DNA of 4,903 nucleotides. Origin: a virus. Its lineage: Duplodnaviria; Heunggongvirae; Uroviricota; Caudoviricetes. A program made the translations under genes and the position numbers. The notes under the pieces are model-generated. The model did no database searches and was not told the origin of the DNA. It saw nothing but the letters and a program-made list of their open reading frames with translations. Location of the stretch: positions 1 to 4,903 of the IMG/VR virus record IMGVR_UViG_2663762857_000011; one strand, written 5' to 3'. Shown here piece by piece: positions 4,748 to 4,903 of the stretch (the stretch's first letter is position 1; the number at the start of each line of letters is the position of its first letter).

Positions 4748-4903
4748 ATAGTTTAACGGCAAATAACCGTTTGCATATTGATTCTGCAATTCCGGGACGT
4801 TACACTGCTCAGGCACCTTATAAAGCGGGGGCCGGGCGTGGAAACCCGAAATTCAATATAGAGCACAACCGCGCTCATGCGGTTTTTTCGTGTCATGAGC
4901 ATC
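4744..4903 (+). CDS. Hypothetical protein, partial: N-terminal 53 codons, continues past the right edge; occupies the position of a replication or early gene
   Basis: ATG at 4744 overlaps the upstream TGA (ATGA). GGAG lies about 10 nt upstream. The frame is open to the window end (MNSLTANNRLHIDSAIPGRYTAQAPYKAGAGRGNPKFNIEHNRAHAVFSCHEH). No family recognised. Confidence 0.4.
   Translation, partial: MNSLTANNRLHIDSAIPGRYTAQAPYKAGAGRGNPKFNIEHNRAHAVFSCHEH

Noticed and set aside
4610-4816. Minus-strand 68 aa ORF antisense to the 3' end of the CII-like gene
   Set aside because: Antisense to two coupled plus-strand genes, with no RBS.

Overview
This window reads as the immunity and early-regulatory core of a lambdoid prophage of enteric bacteria, with no N-like antiterminator gene. 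All calls rest on reading the sequence and the ORF track by eye; no database search or folding was run. A cI/LexA-type repressor (3181..3855, minus) with an intact S24 autopeptidase triad faces a small Cro-like HTH gene (3946..4146, plus) across a ~90 bp operator region containing a perfect 19 bp palindrome. Cro is followed by a CII/YdaT-like regulator and the start of another gene. Leftward of the repressor lie an intrinsic terminator, a pL-like promoter overlapped by a 17 bp palindrome, and then a ~590 nt GC-rich untranslated leader full of inverted repeats where lambda would carry nutL and N. That leader is the most interesting feature. Behind it runs a leftward operon: an RdgC-like protein, an HD-domain hydrolase resembling YfdR, and three further genes joined by overlapping stop/start codons. 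A plus-strand terminator-like hairpin sits against the grain between the RdgC-like and HD genes. No tRNA, rRNA, CRISPR array, integrase or transposase was seen.
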